DNA from: Eledone cirrhosa
Lineage: Eukaryota
Reading direction: 5' to 3'
DNA length: 64,000 nt
Assembly (NCBI GenBank): GCA_964016885.1
Contig: OZ024759.1
Coordinates: 5,518,001-5,582,000, forward strand
Shown here: one piece after another, positions 52,601-64,000 of the stretch
How positions within the stretch are numbered: position 1 is the first letter of the stretch
Layout: the number at the start of each line of letters is the position of its first letter
Notes under the pieces: generated by a model
Told to the model about the DNA's origin: nothing
Database searches by the model: none
The model's input: the letters and a program-made list of their open reading frames with translations, nothing else
Program-made: the position numbers and the translations under genes

Positions 52601-55600
52601 GTGAGAATTCATTTAAGTCATGGTACTAGCTGTCAGAAGTAACTCCACTGTTGGTGAGAATTCATTTAAGTTCATGGTATTAGCTGTCAGAAGGAACGCC
52701 ACTGTTGGTGAGAATTCATTTAAGTTCATGGTATTAGCTGTCAGAAGTAACTCCACTGTTGGTGAGAATTCATTTAAGTTCATGGTACTAGCTGTCAGAA
52801 GTAACTCCAATGTTGGTGGGAATTCATTTAAGTTCATGGTATTAGCTGTCAGAAGGAACTCCACTGTTGGTGAGAATTCATTTAAGTTCATGGTATTAGC
52901 TGTCAGAAGTAACTTCACTGTTGGTGAGAATTCATTTAAGTTCATGGTACTAGCTGTCAGAATTAACTCCACTGTTGGTGAGAATTCATTTAAGTTCATG
53001 GTATTAGCTGTCAGAAGTCACTCCAATGTTGGTGAGAATTCATTTAAGTTCATGGTATTAGCTGTCAGAAGTAACTCCACTGTTGGTGAGAATTCATTTA
53101 AGTTCATGGTATTAGCTGTCAGAAGTAACTCCACTGTTGGTGAGAATTCTTTTAAGTTCATGGTATTAGCTGTCAGAAGTAACTCCACTGTTGGTGAGAA
53201 TTCATTTAAGTTCATGGTACTAGCTGTCAGAAGTAACTCCAATGTTGGTGAGAATTCATTTAAGTTCATGGTATTAGCTGTCAGAAGGAACTCCACTGTT
53301 GGTGAGAATTCATTTAAGTTCATGGTATTAGCTGTCAGAAGTAACTCCACTGTTGGTGAGAATTCATTTAAGTTCATGGTACTAGCTGTCAGAAGTAACT
53401 CCAATGTTGGTGAGAATTCATTTAAGTTCATGGTATTAGCTGTCAGAAGTAACTCCACTGTTGGTGAGAATTCATTTAAGTCATGGTATTAGCTGTCAGA
53501 AGTAACTCCAATGTTGGTGAGAATTCATTTAAGTTCATGGTATTAGCTGTCAGAAGTAACTCCACTGTTGGTGAGAATTCATTTAAGTTCATGGTATTAG
53601 CTGTCAGAAGTAACTCCACTGTTGGTGAGAATTCATTTAAGTTCATGGTACTAGCTGTCAGAAGTAACTCCAATGTTGGTGAGAATTCATTTAAGTTCAT
53701 GGTATTAGCTGTCAGAATTAACTCCACTGTTGGTGAGAATTCATTTAAGTTCATGGTATTAGCTGTCAGAAGGAACTCCAATGTTGGTGAGAATTCATTT
53801 AAGTCATGGTACTAGCTGTCAGAAGAAACTCCACTGTTGGTGAGAATTCATTTAAGTTCATGGTATTAGCTGTCAGAAGGATCGCCACTGTTGGTGAGAA
53901 TTCATTTAAGTTCATGGTATTAGCTGTCAGAAGTAACTCCACTGTTGGTGAGAATTCATTTAAGTTCATGGTACTAGCTGTCAGAAGTAACTCCAATGTT
54001 GGTGAGAATTCATTTAAGTCATGGTACTAGCTGTCAGAAGTAACTCCACTGTTGGTGAGAATTCATTTAAGTTCATGGTATTAGTTTGTCAGAAGTAACT
54101 CCACTGTTGGTGAGAATTCATTTAAGTCATGGTATTAGTTGTCAGAAGTAACTCCAATGTTGGTGAGAATTCATTTAAGTTCATGGTATTAGCTGTCAGA
54201 AGTAACTCCACTGTTGGTGAGAATTCATTTAAGTTCATGGTACTAGCTGTCAGAAGTAACTCCACTGTTGGTGAGAATTCATTTAAGTTCATGGTATTAG
54301 TTTGTCAGAAGTAACTCCACTGTTGGTGAGAATTCATTTAAGTCATGGTACTAGCTGTCAGATGTAACTCCAATGTTGGTGAGAATTCATTTAAGTTCAT
54401 GGTATTAGCTGTCAGAAGTAACTCCACTGTTGGTGAGAATTCATTTAAGTTCATGGTACTAGCTGTCAGAAGTAACTCCAATGTTGGTGAGAATTCATTT
54501 AAGTTCATGGTATTAGCTGTCAGAAGTAACTCCACTGTTGGTGAGAATTCATTTAAGTCATGGTATTAGCTGTCAGAAGTAACTCCAATGTTGGTGAGAA
54601 TTCATTTAAGTTCATGGTATTAGCTGTCAGAAGTAACTCCACTGTTGGTGAGAATTCATTTAAGTTCATGGTATTAGCTGTCAGAAGTAACCCCACTGTT
54701 GGTGAGAATTCATTTAAGTTCATGGTACTAGCTGTCAGAAGTAACTCCACTGTTGGTGAGAATTCATTTAAGTTTATGGTATTAGCTGTCAGAAGTAACT
54801 CCAATGTTGGTGAGAATTCATTTAAGTTCATGGTATTAGCTGTCAGAAGTAACTCCAATGTTGGTGAGAATTCATTTAAGTTCATGTTATTAGCTGTCAG
54901 AAGTAACTCCACTGTTGGTGAGAATTCATTTAAGTTCATGGTACTAGCTGTCAGAAGTAACTCCACTGTTGGTGAGAATTCATTTAAGTTCATGGTATTA
55001 GTTTGTCAGAAGTAACTCCACTGTTGGTGAGAATTCATTTAAGTCATGGTATTAGCTGTCAGAAGTAACTCCAATGTTGGTGAGAATTCATTTAATTTCA
55101 TGGTATTAGCTGTCAGAAGTAACTCCACTGTTGGTGAGAATTCATTTAAGTTCATGGTATTAGCTGTCAGAAGTAACTCCACTGTTGGTGAGAATTCATT
55201 TAAGTTCATGGTACTAGCTGTCAGAAGTAACTCCACTGTTGGTGAGAATTCATTTAAGTTCATGGTATTAGTTTGTCAGAAGTAACTCCACTGTTGGTGA
55301 GAATTCATTTAAGTCATGGTATTAGCTGTCAGAAGTAACTCCATTGTTGGTGAGAATTCATTTAAGTCATGGTACTAGCTGTCAGAAATAACTCCACTGT
55401 TGGTGAGAATTCATTTAAGTTCATGGTATTAGTTTGTCAGAAGTAACTCCACTGTTGGTGAGAATTCATTTAAGTCATGGTATTAGTTGTCAGAAGTAAC
55501 TCCAATGTTGGTGAGAATTCATTTAAGTTCATGGTACTAGCTGTCAGAAGTAACTCCATTGTTGGTGAGAATTCATTTAAGTTCATGGTACTAGCTGTCA

Positions 55601-58499
55601 GAAGTAACTCCACTGTTGGTGAGAATTCATTTAAGTTCATGGTATTAGTTTGTCAGAAGTAACTCCACTGTTGGTGAGAATTCATTTAAGTTCATGGTAT
55701 TAGCTGTCAGAAGTCACTCCACTGTTGGTGAGAATTCATTTAAGTTCATGGTACTAGCTGTCAGAAGTAACCCCAATATTGGTGAGAATTCATTTAAGTT
55801 CATGGTATTAGCTGTCAGAAGTCACTCCAATGTTGGTGAGAATTCATTTAAGTTCATGGTATTAGCTGTCAGAAGTAACTCCACTGTTGGTGAGAATTCA
55901 TTTAAGTTCATGGTATTAGCTGTCAGAAGTAACTCCACTGTTGGTGAGAATTCATTTAAGTTCATGGTATTAGCTGTCAGAAGTAACTCCACTGTTGGTG
56001 AGAATTCATTTAAGTTCATGGTACTAGCTGTCAGAAGTAACTCCAATGTTGGTGAGAATTCATTTAAGTTCATGGTATTAGCTGTCAGAAGGAACTCCAC
56101 TGTTGGTGAGAATTCATTTAAGTTCATGGTATTAGCTGTCAGAAGTAACTCCACTGTTGGTGAGAATTCATTTAAGTTCATGGTACTAGCTGTCAGAAGT
56201 AACTCCAATGTTGGTGAGAATTCATTTAAGTTCATGGTATTAGCTGTCAGAAGTAACTCCACTGTTGGTGAGAATTCATTTAAGTCATGGTATTAGTTTG
56301 TCAGAAGTAACTCCACTGTTGGTGAGAATTCATTTAAGTCATGGTATTAGTTGTCAGAAGTAACTCCAATGTTGGTGAGAATTCATTTAAGTTCATGGTA
56401 CTAGCTGTCAGAAGTAACTCCATTGTTGGTGAGAATTCATTTAAGTTCATGGTATTAGCTGTCAGAAGTAACTCCACTGTTGGTGAGAATTCATTTAAGT
56501 TCATGGTACTAGCTGTCAGAAGTAACTCCACTGTTGGTGAGAATTCATTTAAGTGTCATGGTATTAGCTGTCAGAAGTAACTCCAATGTTGGTGAGAATT
56601 CATTTAAGTTCATGGTATTAGCTGTCAGAAGTAACTCCACTGTTGGTGAGAATTCATTTAAGTTCATGGTATTAGCTGTCAGAAGTAACTCCACTGTTGG
56701 TGAGAATTCATTTAAGTTCATGGTACTAGCTGTCAGAAGTAACTCCACTGTTGGTGAGAATTCATTTAAGTTCATGGTATTAGTTTGTCAGAAGTAACTC
56801 CACTGTTGGTGAGAATTCATTTAAGTCATGGTATTAGTTGTCAGAAGTAACTCCAATGTTGGTGAGAATTCATTTAAGTTCATGGTATTAGCTGTCAGAA
56901 GTAACTCCAATGTTGGTGAGAATTCATTTAAGTTCATGGTATTAGCTGTCAGAAGTAACTCCACTGTTGGTGAGAATTCATTTAAGTCATGGTATTAGTT
57001 GTCAGAAGTAACTCCAATGTTGGTGAGAATTCATTTAAGTTCATGGTATTAGCTGTCAGAAGTAACTCCACTGTTGGTGAGAATTCATTTAAGTTCATGG
57101 TATTAGCTGTCAGAAGTAACTCCACTGTTGGTGAGAATTCATTTAAGTTCATGGTATTAGCTGTCAGAAGTAACTCCACTGTTGGTGAGAATTCATTTAA
57201 GTTCATGGTACTAGCTGTCAGAAGTAACTCCAATGTTGGTGAGAATTCATTTAAGTTCATGGTATTAGCTGTCAGAAGGAACTCCACTGTTGGTGAGAAT
57301 TCATTTAAGTTCATGGTATTAGCTGTCAGAAGTAACTCCACTGTTGGTGAGAATTCATTTAAGTTCATGGTACTAGCTGTCAGAAGTAACTCCAATGTTG
57401 GTGAGAATTCATTTAAGTTCATGGTATTAGCTGTCAGAAGTAACTCCACTGTTGGTGAGAATTCATTTAAGTCATGGTATTAGTTTGTCAGAAGTAACTC
57501 CACTGTTGGTGAGAATTCATTTAAGTTCATGGTACTAGCTGTCAGAAGTAACTCCACTGTTGGTGAGAATTCATTTAAGTTCATGGTATTAGTTTGTCAG
57601 AAGTAACTCCACTGTTGGTGAGAATTCATTTAAGTCATGGTATTAGCTGTCAGAAGTAACTCCAATGTTGGTGAGAATTCATTTAATTTCATGGTATTAG
57701 CTGTCAGAAGTAACTCCACTGTTGGTGAGAATTCATTTAAGTTCATGGTATTAGCTGTCAGAAGTAACTCCACTGTTGGTGAGAATTCATTTAAGTTCAT
57801 GGTACTAGCTGTCAGAAGTAACTCCACTGTTGGTGAGAATTCATTTAAGTTCATGGTATTAGTTTGTCAGAAGTAACTCCACTGTTGGTGAGAATTCATT
57901 TAAGTCATGGTATTAGTTGTCAGAAGTAACTCCAATGTTGGTGAGAATTCATTTAAGTTCATGGTATTAGCTGTCAGAAGTAACTCCAATGTTGGTGAGA
58001 ATTCATTTAAGTTCATGGTATTAGCTGTCAGAAGTAACTCCACTGTTGGTGAGAATTCATTTAAGTCATGGTATTAGCTGTCAGAAGTAACTCCATTGTT
58101 GGTGAGAATTCATTTAAGTCATGGTACTAGCTGTCAGAAATAACTCCACTGTTGGTGAGAATTCATTTAAGTTCATGGTATTAGTTTGTCAGAAGTAACT
58201 CCACTGTTGGTGAGAATTCATTTAAGTCATGGTATTAGTTGTCAGAAGTAACTCCAATGTTGGTGAGAATTCATTTAAGTTCATGGTACTAGCTGTCAGA
58301 AGTAACTCCATTGTTGGTGAGAATTCATTTAAGTTCATGGTACTAGCTGTCAGAAGTAACTCCACTGTTGGTGAGAATTCATTTAAGTTCATGGTATTAG
58401 TTTGTCAGAAGTAACTCCACTGTTGGTGAGAATTCATTTAAGTTCATGGTATTAGCTGTCAGAAGTCACTCCACTGTTGGTGAGAATTCATTTAAGTTC

Positions 58500-60010
58500 A
58501 TGGTACTAGCTGTCAGAAGTAACCCCAATATTGGTGAGAATTCATTTAAGTTCATGGTATTAGCTGTCAGAAGTCACTCCAATGTTGGTGAGAATTCATT
58601 TAAGTTCATGGTATTAGCTGTCAGAAGTAACTCCACTGTTGGTGAGAATTCATTTAAGTTCATGGTATTAGCTGTCAGAAGTAACTCCACTGTTGGTGAG
58701 AATTCATTTAAGTTCATGGTATTAGCTGTCAGAAGTAACTCCACTGTTGGTGAGAATTCATTTAAGTTCATGGTACTAGCTGTCAGAAGTAACTCCAATG
58801 TTGGTGAGAATTCATTTAAGTTCATGGTATTAGCTGTCAGAAGGAACTCCACTGTTGGTGAGAATTCATTTAAGTTCATGGTATTAGCTGTCAGAAGTAA
58901 CTCCACTGTTGGTGAGAATTCATTTAAGTTCATGGTACTAGCTGTCAGAAGTAACTCCAATGTTGGTGAGAATTCATTTAAGTTCATGGTATTAGCTGTC
59001 AGAAGTAACTCCACTGTTGGTGAGAATTCATTTAAGTCATGGTATTAGTTTGTCAGAAGTAACTCCACTGTTGGTGAGAATTCATTTAAGTCATGGTATT
59101 AGTTGTCAGAAGTAACTCCAATGTTGGTGAGAATTCATTTAAGTTCATGGTACTAGCTGTCAGAAGTAACTCCATTGTTGGTGAGAATTCATTTAAGTTC
59201 ATGGTATTAGCTGTCAGAAGTAACTCCACTGTTGGTGAGAATTCATTTAAGTTCATGGTACTAGCTGTCAGAAGTAACCCCAATATTGGTGAGAATTCAT
59301 TTAAGTTCATGGTATTAGCTGTCAGAAGTCACTCCAATGTTGGTGAGAATTCATTTAAGTTCATGGTATTAGCTGTCAGAAGTAACTCCACTGTTGGTGA
59401 GAATTCATTTAAGTTCATGGTATTAGCTGTCAGAAGTAACTCCACTGTTGGTGAGAATTCATTTAAGTTCATGGTATTAGCTGTCAGAAGTAACTCCACT
59501 GTTGGTGAGAATTCATTTAAGTTCATGGTACTAGCTGTCAGAAGTAACTCCAATGTTGGTGAGAATTCATTTAAGTTCATGGTATTAGCTGTCAGAAGGA
59601 ACTCCACTGTTGGTGAGAATTCATTTAAGTTCATGGTATTAGCTGTCAGAAGTAACTCCACTGTTGGTGAGAATTCATTTAAGTTCATGGTACTAGCTGT
59701 CAGAAGTAACTCCAATGTTGGTGAGAATTCATTTAAGTTCATGGTATTAGCTGTCAGAAGTAACTCCACTGTTGGTGAGAATTCATTTAAGTCATGGTAT
59801 TAGTTTGTCAGAAGTAACTCCACTGTTGGTGAGAATTCATTTAAGTCATGGTATTAGTTGTCAGAAGTAACTCCAATGTTGGTGAGAATTCATTTAAGTT
59901 CATGGTACTAGCTGTCAGAAGTAACTCCATTGTTGGTGAGAATTCATTTAAGTTCATGGTATTAGCTGTCAGAAGTAACTCCACTGTTGGTGAGAATTCA
60001 TTTAAGTTCA
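58500..60010. repeat. 755-bp (14-monomer) tandem duplication
   Basis: Offsets 58574/59329 and 59093/59848. ccccaatatt occurs at ~58523 and ~59278. Confidence 0.85.
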
Positions 60011-63000
60011 TGGTACTAGCTGTCAGAAGTAACTCCACTGTTGGTGAGAATTCATTTAAGTGTCATGGTATTAGCTGTCAGAAGTAACTCCAATGTTGGT
60101 GAGAATTCATTTAAGTTCATGGTATTAGCTGTCAGAAGTAACTCCACTGTTGGTGAGAATTCATTTAAGTTCATGGTATTAGCTGTCAGAAGTAACTCCA
60201 CTGTTGGTGAGAATTCATTTAAGTTCATGGTACTAGCTGTCAGAAGTAACTCCACTGTTGGTGAGAATTCATTTAAGTTCATGGTATTAGTTTGTGAGAA
60301 GTAACTCCACTGTTGGTGAGAATTCATTTAAGTCATGGTATTAGCTGTCAGAAGTAACTCCAATGTTGGTGAGAATTCATTTAAGTTCATGGTATTAGCT
60401 TTCAGAAGTAACTCCACTGTTGGTGAGAATTCATTTAAGTTCATGGTATTAGCTGTCAGAAGTAACTCCACTGTTGGTGAGAATTCATTTAAGTTCATGG
60501 TACTAGCTGTCAGAAGTAACTCCACTGTTGGTGAGAATTCATTTAAGTTCATGGTATTAGTTTGTCAGAAGTAACTCCACTGTTGGTGAGAATTCATTTA
60601 AGTCATGGTACTAGCTGTCAGAAGTAACTCCACTGTTGGTGAGAATTCATTTAAGTTCATGGTATTAGCTGTCAGAAGGAACGCCACTGTTGGTGAGAAT
60701 TCATTTAAGTTCATGGTATTAGCTGTCAGAAGTAACTCCACTGTTGGTGAGAATTCATTTAAGTTCATGGTACTAGCTGTCAGAAGTAACTCCAATGTTG
60801 GTGGGAATTCATTTAAGTTCATGGTATTAGCTGTCAGAAGGAACTCCACTGTTGGTGAGAATTCATTTAAGTTCATGGTATTAGCTGTCAGAAGTAACTT
60901 CACTGTTGGTGAGAATTCATTTAAGTTCATGGTACTAGCTGTCAGAATTAACTCCACTGTTGGTGAGAATTCATTTAAGTTCATGGTATTAGCTGTCAGA
61001 AGTCACTCCAATGTTGGTGAGAATTCATTTAAGTTCATGGTATTAGCTGTCAGAAGTAACTCCACTGTTGGTGAGAATTCATTTAAGTTCATGGTATTAG
61101 CTGTCAGAAGTAACTCCACTGTTGGTGAGAATTCTTTTAAGTTCATGGTATTAGCTGTCAGAAGTAACTCCACTGTTGGTGAGAATTCATTTAAGTTCAT
61201 GGTACTAGCTGTCAGAAGTAACTCCAATGTTGGTGAGAATTCATTTAAGTTCATGGTATTAGCTGTCAGAAGGAACTCCACTGTTGGTGAGAATTCATTT
61301 AAGTTCATGGTATTAGCTGTCAGAAGTAACTCCACTGTTGGTGAGAATTCATTTAAGTTCATGGTACTAGCTGTCAGAAGTAACTCCAATGTTGGTGAGA
61401 ATTCATTTAAGTTCATGGTATTAGCTGTCAGAAGTAACTCCACTGTTGGTGAGAATTCATTTAAGTCATGGTATTAGCTGTCAGAAGTAACTCCAATGTT
61501 GGTGAGAATTCATTTAAGTTCATGGTATTAGCTGTCAGAAGTAACTCCACTGTTGGTGAGAATTCATTTAAGTTCATGGTATTAGCTGTCAGAAGTAACT
61601 CCACTGTTGGTGAGAATTCATTTAAGTTCATGGTACTAGCTGTCAGAAGTAACTCCAATGTTGGTGAGAATTCATTTAAGTTCATGGTATTAGCTGTCAG
61701 AATTAACTCCACTGTTGGTGAGAATTCATTTAAGTTCATGGTATTAGCTGTCAGAAGGAACTCCAATGTTGGTGAGAATTCATTTAAGTCATGGTACTAG
61801 CTGTCAGAAGAAACTCCACTGTTGGTGAGAATTCATTTAAGTTCATGGTATTAGCTGTCAGAAGGATCGCCACTGTTGGTGAGAATTCATTTAAGTTCAT
61901 GGTATTAGCTGTCAGAAGTAACTCCACTGTTGGTGAGAATTCATTTAAGTTCATGGTACTAGCTGTCAGAAGTAACTCCAATGTTGGTGAGAATTCATTT
62001 AAGTCATGGTACTAGCTGTCAGAAGTAACTCCACTGTTGGTGAGAATTCATTTAAGTTCATGGTATTAGTTTGTCAGAAGTAACTCCACTGTTGGTGAGA
62101 ATTCATTTAAGTCATGGTATTAGTTGTCAGAAGTAACTCCAATGTTGGTGAGAATTCATTTAAGTTCATGGTATTAGCTGTCAGAAGTAACTCCACTGTT
62201 GGTGAGAATTCATTTAAGTTCATGGTACTAGCTGTCAGAAGTAACTCCACTGTTGGTGAGAATTCATTTAAGTTCATGGTATTAGTTTGTCAGAAGTAAC
62301 TCCACTGTTGGTGAGAATTCATTTAAGTCATGGTACTAGCTGTCAGATGTAACTCCAATGTTGGTGAGAATTCATTTAAGTTCATGGTATTAGCTGTCAG
62401 AAGTAACTCCACTGTTGGTGAGAATTCATTTAAGTTCATGGTACTAGCTGTCAGAAGTAACTCCAATGTTGGTGAGAATTCATTTAAGTTCATGGTATTA
62501 GCTGTCAGAAGTAACTCCACTGTTGGTGAGAATTCATTTAAGTCATGGTATTAGCTGTCAGAAGTAACTCCAATGTTGGTGAGAATTCATTTAAGTTCAT
62601 GGTATTAGCTGTCAGAAGTAACTCCACTGTTGGTGAGAATTCATTTAAGTTCATGGTATTAGCTGTCAGAAGTAACCCCACTGTTGGTGAGAATTCATTT
62701 AAGTTCATGGTACTAGCTGTCAGAAGTAACTCCACTGTTGGTGAGAATTCATTTAAGTTTATGGTATTAGCTGTCAGAAGTAACTCCAATGTTGGTGAGA
62801 ATTCATTTAAGTTCATGGTATTAGCTGTCAGAAGTAACTCCAATGTTGGTGAGAATTCATTTAAGTTCATGTTATTAGCTGTCAGAAGTAACTCCACTGT
62901 TGGTGAGAATTCATTTAAGTTCATGGTACTAGCTGTCAGAAGTAACTCCACTGTTGGTGAGAATTCATTTAAGTTCATGGTATTAGTTTGTCAGAAGTAA

Positions 63001-64000
63001 CTCCACTGTTGGTGAGAATTCATTTAAGTCATGGTATTAGCTGTCAGAAGTAACTCCAATGTTGGTGAGAATTCATTTAATTTCATGGTATTAGCTGTCA
63101 GAAGTAACTCCACTGTTGGTGAGAATTCATTTAAGTTCATGGTATTAGCTGTCAGAAGTAACTCCACTGTTGGTGAGAATTCATTTAAGTTCATGGTACT
63201 AGCTGTCAGAAGTAACTCCACTGTTGGTGAGAATTCATTTAAGTTCATGGTATTAGTTTGTCAGAAGTAACTCCACTGTTGGTGAGAATTCATTTAAGTC
63301 ATGGTATTAGCTGTCAGAAGTAACTCCATTGTTGGTGAGAATTCATTTAAGTCATGGTACTAGCTGTCAGAAATAACTCCACTGTTGGTGAGAATTCATT
63401 TAAGTTCATGGTATTAGTTTGTCAGAAGTAACTCCACTGTTGGTGAGAATTCATTTAAGTCATGGTATTAGTTGTCAGAAGTAACTCCAATGTTGGTGAG
63501 AATTCATTTAAGTTCATGGTACTAGCTGTCAGAAGTAACTCCATTGTTGGTGAGAATTCATTTAAGTTCATGGTACTAGCTGTCAGAAGTAACTCCACTG
63601 TTGGTGAGAATTCATTTAAGTTCATGGTATTAGTTTGTCAGAAGTAACTCCACTGTTGGTGAGAATTCATTTAAGTTCATGGTATTAGCTGTCAGAAGTC
63701 ACTCCACTGTTGGTGAGAATTCATTTAAGTTCATGGTACTAGCTGTCAGAAGTAACCCCAATATTGGTGAGAATTCATTTAAGTTCATGGTATTAGCTGT
63801 CAGAAGTCACTCCAATGTTGGTGAGAATTCATTTAAGTTCATGGTATTAGCTGTCAGAAGTAACTCCACTGTTGGTGAGAATTCATTTAAGTTCATGGTA
63901 TTAGCTGTCAGAAGTAACTCCACTGTTGGTGAGAATTCATTTAAGTTCATGGTATTAGCTGTCAGAAGTAACTCCACTGTTGGTGAGAATTCATTTAAGT

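Larger units (their letters stand above)
1..64000. repeat. Tandem satellite DNA array, 54-bp monomer (53/55-bp variants), ~1,190 copies, head-to-tail, extends past both window edges
   Basis: Consensus TCATGGTATTAGCTGTCAGAAGTAACTCCACTGTTGGTGAGAATTCATTTAAGT recurs every 53-55 bp from base 1 to 64000. Monomers typically differ from consensus at 0-3 positions. I saw no unique sequence, inversion or insertion. Each unit carries GAATTC (EcoRI), CATG, AGCT and TTAA. Confidence 0.99.
41452..64000. repeat. HOR domain D: larger, irregular higher-order repeat (~3.3-4.6 kb; up to 7985-bp offsets)
   Basis: One marker block recurs at 43718, 47012, 52620 and 60605. Another recurs at 42314, 45068, 51216, 55694, 58446 and ~63680. 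Private markers: ccccaatAtt, aagtGtcatg, gctTtcag, ggaacGcc, ggtgGgaat, aactTcact, aattcTttt, agaTgtaac, taaTttcatg, aagttTatgg. Confidence 0.88.

Noticed and set aside
157-63647. Hundreds of ORFs on both strands encoding 18-aa repeats
   Set aside because: These are artefacts of a 54-bp (3n) monomer. Frequent 1-bp indels, premature stops (for example 21951, 22615), no unique N- or C-terminal domains and no visible synonymous bias argue against coding. One or two open frames out of six is expected by chance for 18 codons.
1-64000. CRISPR array or other repeat-spacer system
   Set aside because: There are no unique spacers, the whole unit is repeated, and no leader or cas genes are present.
1-64000. 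Antigenic-variation cassettes, diversity-generating retroelement, or programmed frameshift/phase variation
   Set aside because: There is no expression locus, reverse transcriptase or recombinase. Variants are inherited in fixed HOR order rather than being diversified.
1-64000. Purely artefactual or synthetic concatemer (rolling-circle product, collapsed assembly)
   Set aside because: Variants are shared hierarchically between kb-scale copies with few singletons, as expected from real evolutionary history. Individual duplications still need read validation.
1-64000. Assignment to a named satellite family or species
   Set aside because: I cannot match the consensus to any sequence I reliably know. 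Monomer length and an EcoRI site are not diagnostic, so a database search is required.
63947-64000. Window starts and ends in the same monomer phase
   Set aside because: This is a coincidence of windowing (about 1 in 54). There is no sign of a true array boundary.

Overview
The whole 64-kb window is one uninterrupted, single-orientation tandem satellite array of about 1,190 copies of a 54-bp monomer. The consensus is TCATGGTATTAGCTGTCAGAAGTAACTCCACTGTTGGTGAGAATTCATTTAAGT: 37% GC, no CpG, one EcoRI site per unit. I found no supportable gene, RNA gene, transposon or CRISPR array. All listed ORFs are translations of the repeat (54 = 18 codons), broken by 53/55-bp variant monomers. The informative signal is higher-order structure. 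Rare diagnostic variants split the array into four successive domains: A ~1-21.5 kb, B ~21.5-36.8 kb, C ~36.8-41.5 kb and D ~41.5-64 kb. Each has its own higher-order repeat (HOR) of about 2.1-2.9, 2.5, 2.3 and 3.3-4.6 kb respectively, all derived from a shared ancestral variant order. Nested local duplications of 4 to 148 monomers are superimposed. This organisation is typical of recently expanded eukaryotic centromeric, pericentromeric or heterochromatic satellite (inference). The organism and satellite family cannot be named from the sequence alone. Offsets were derived by hand from the ORF track and marker variants, so boundaries are approximate to about one monomer.
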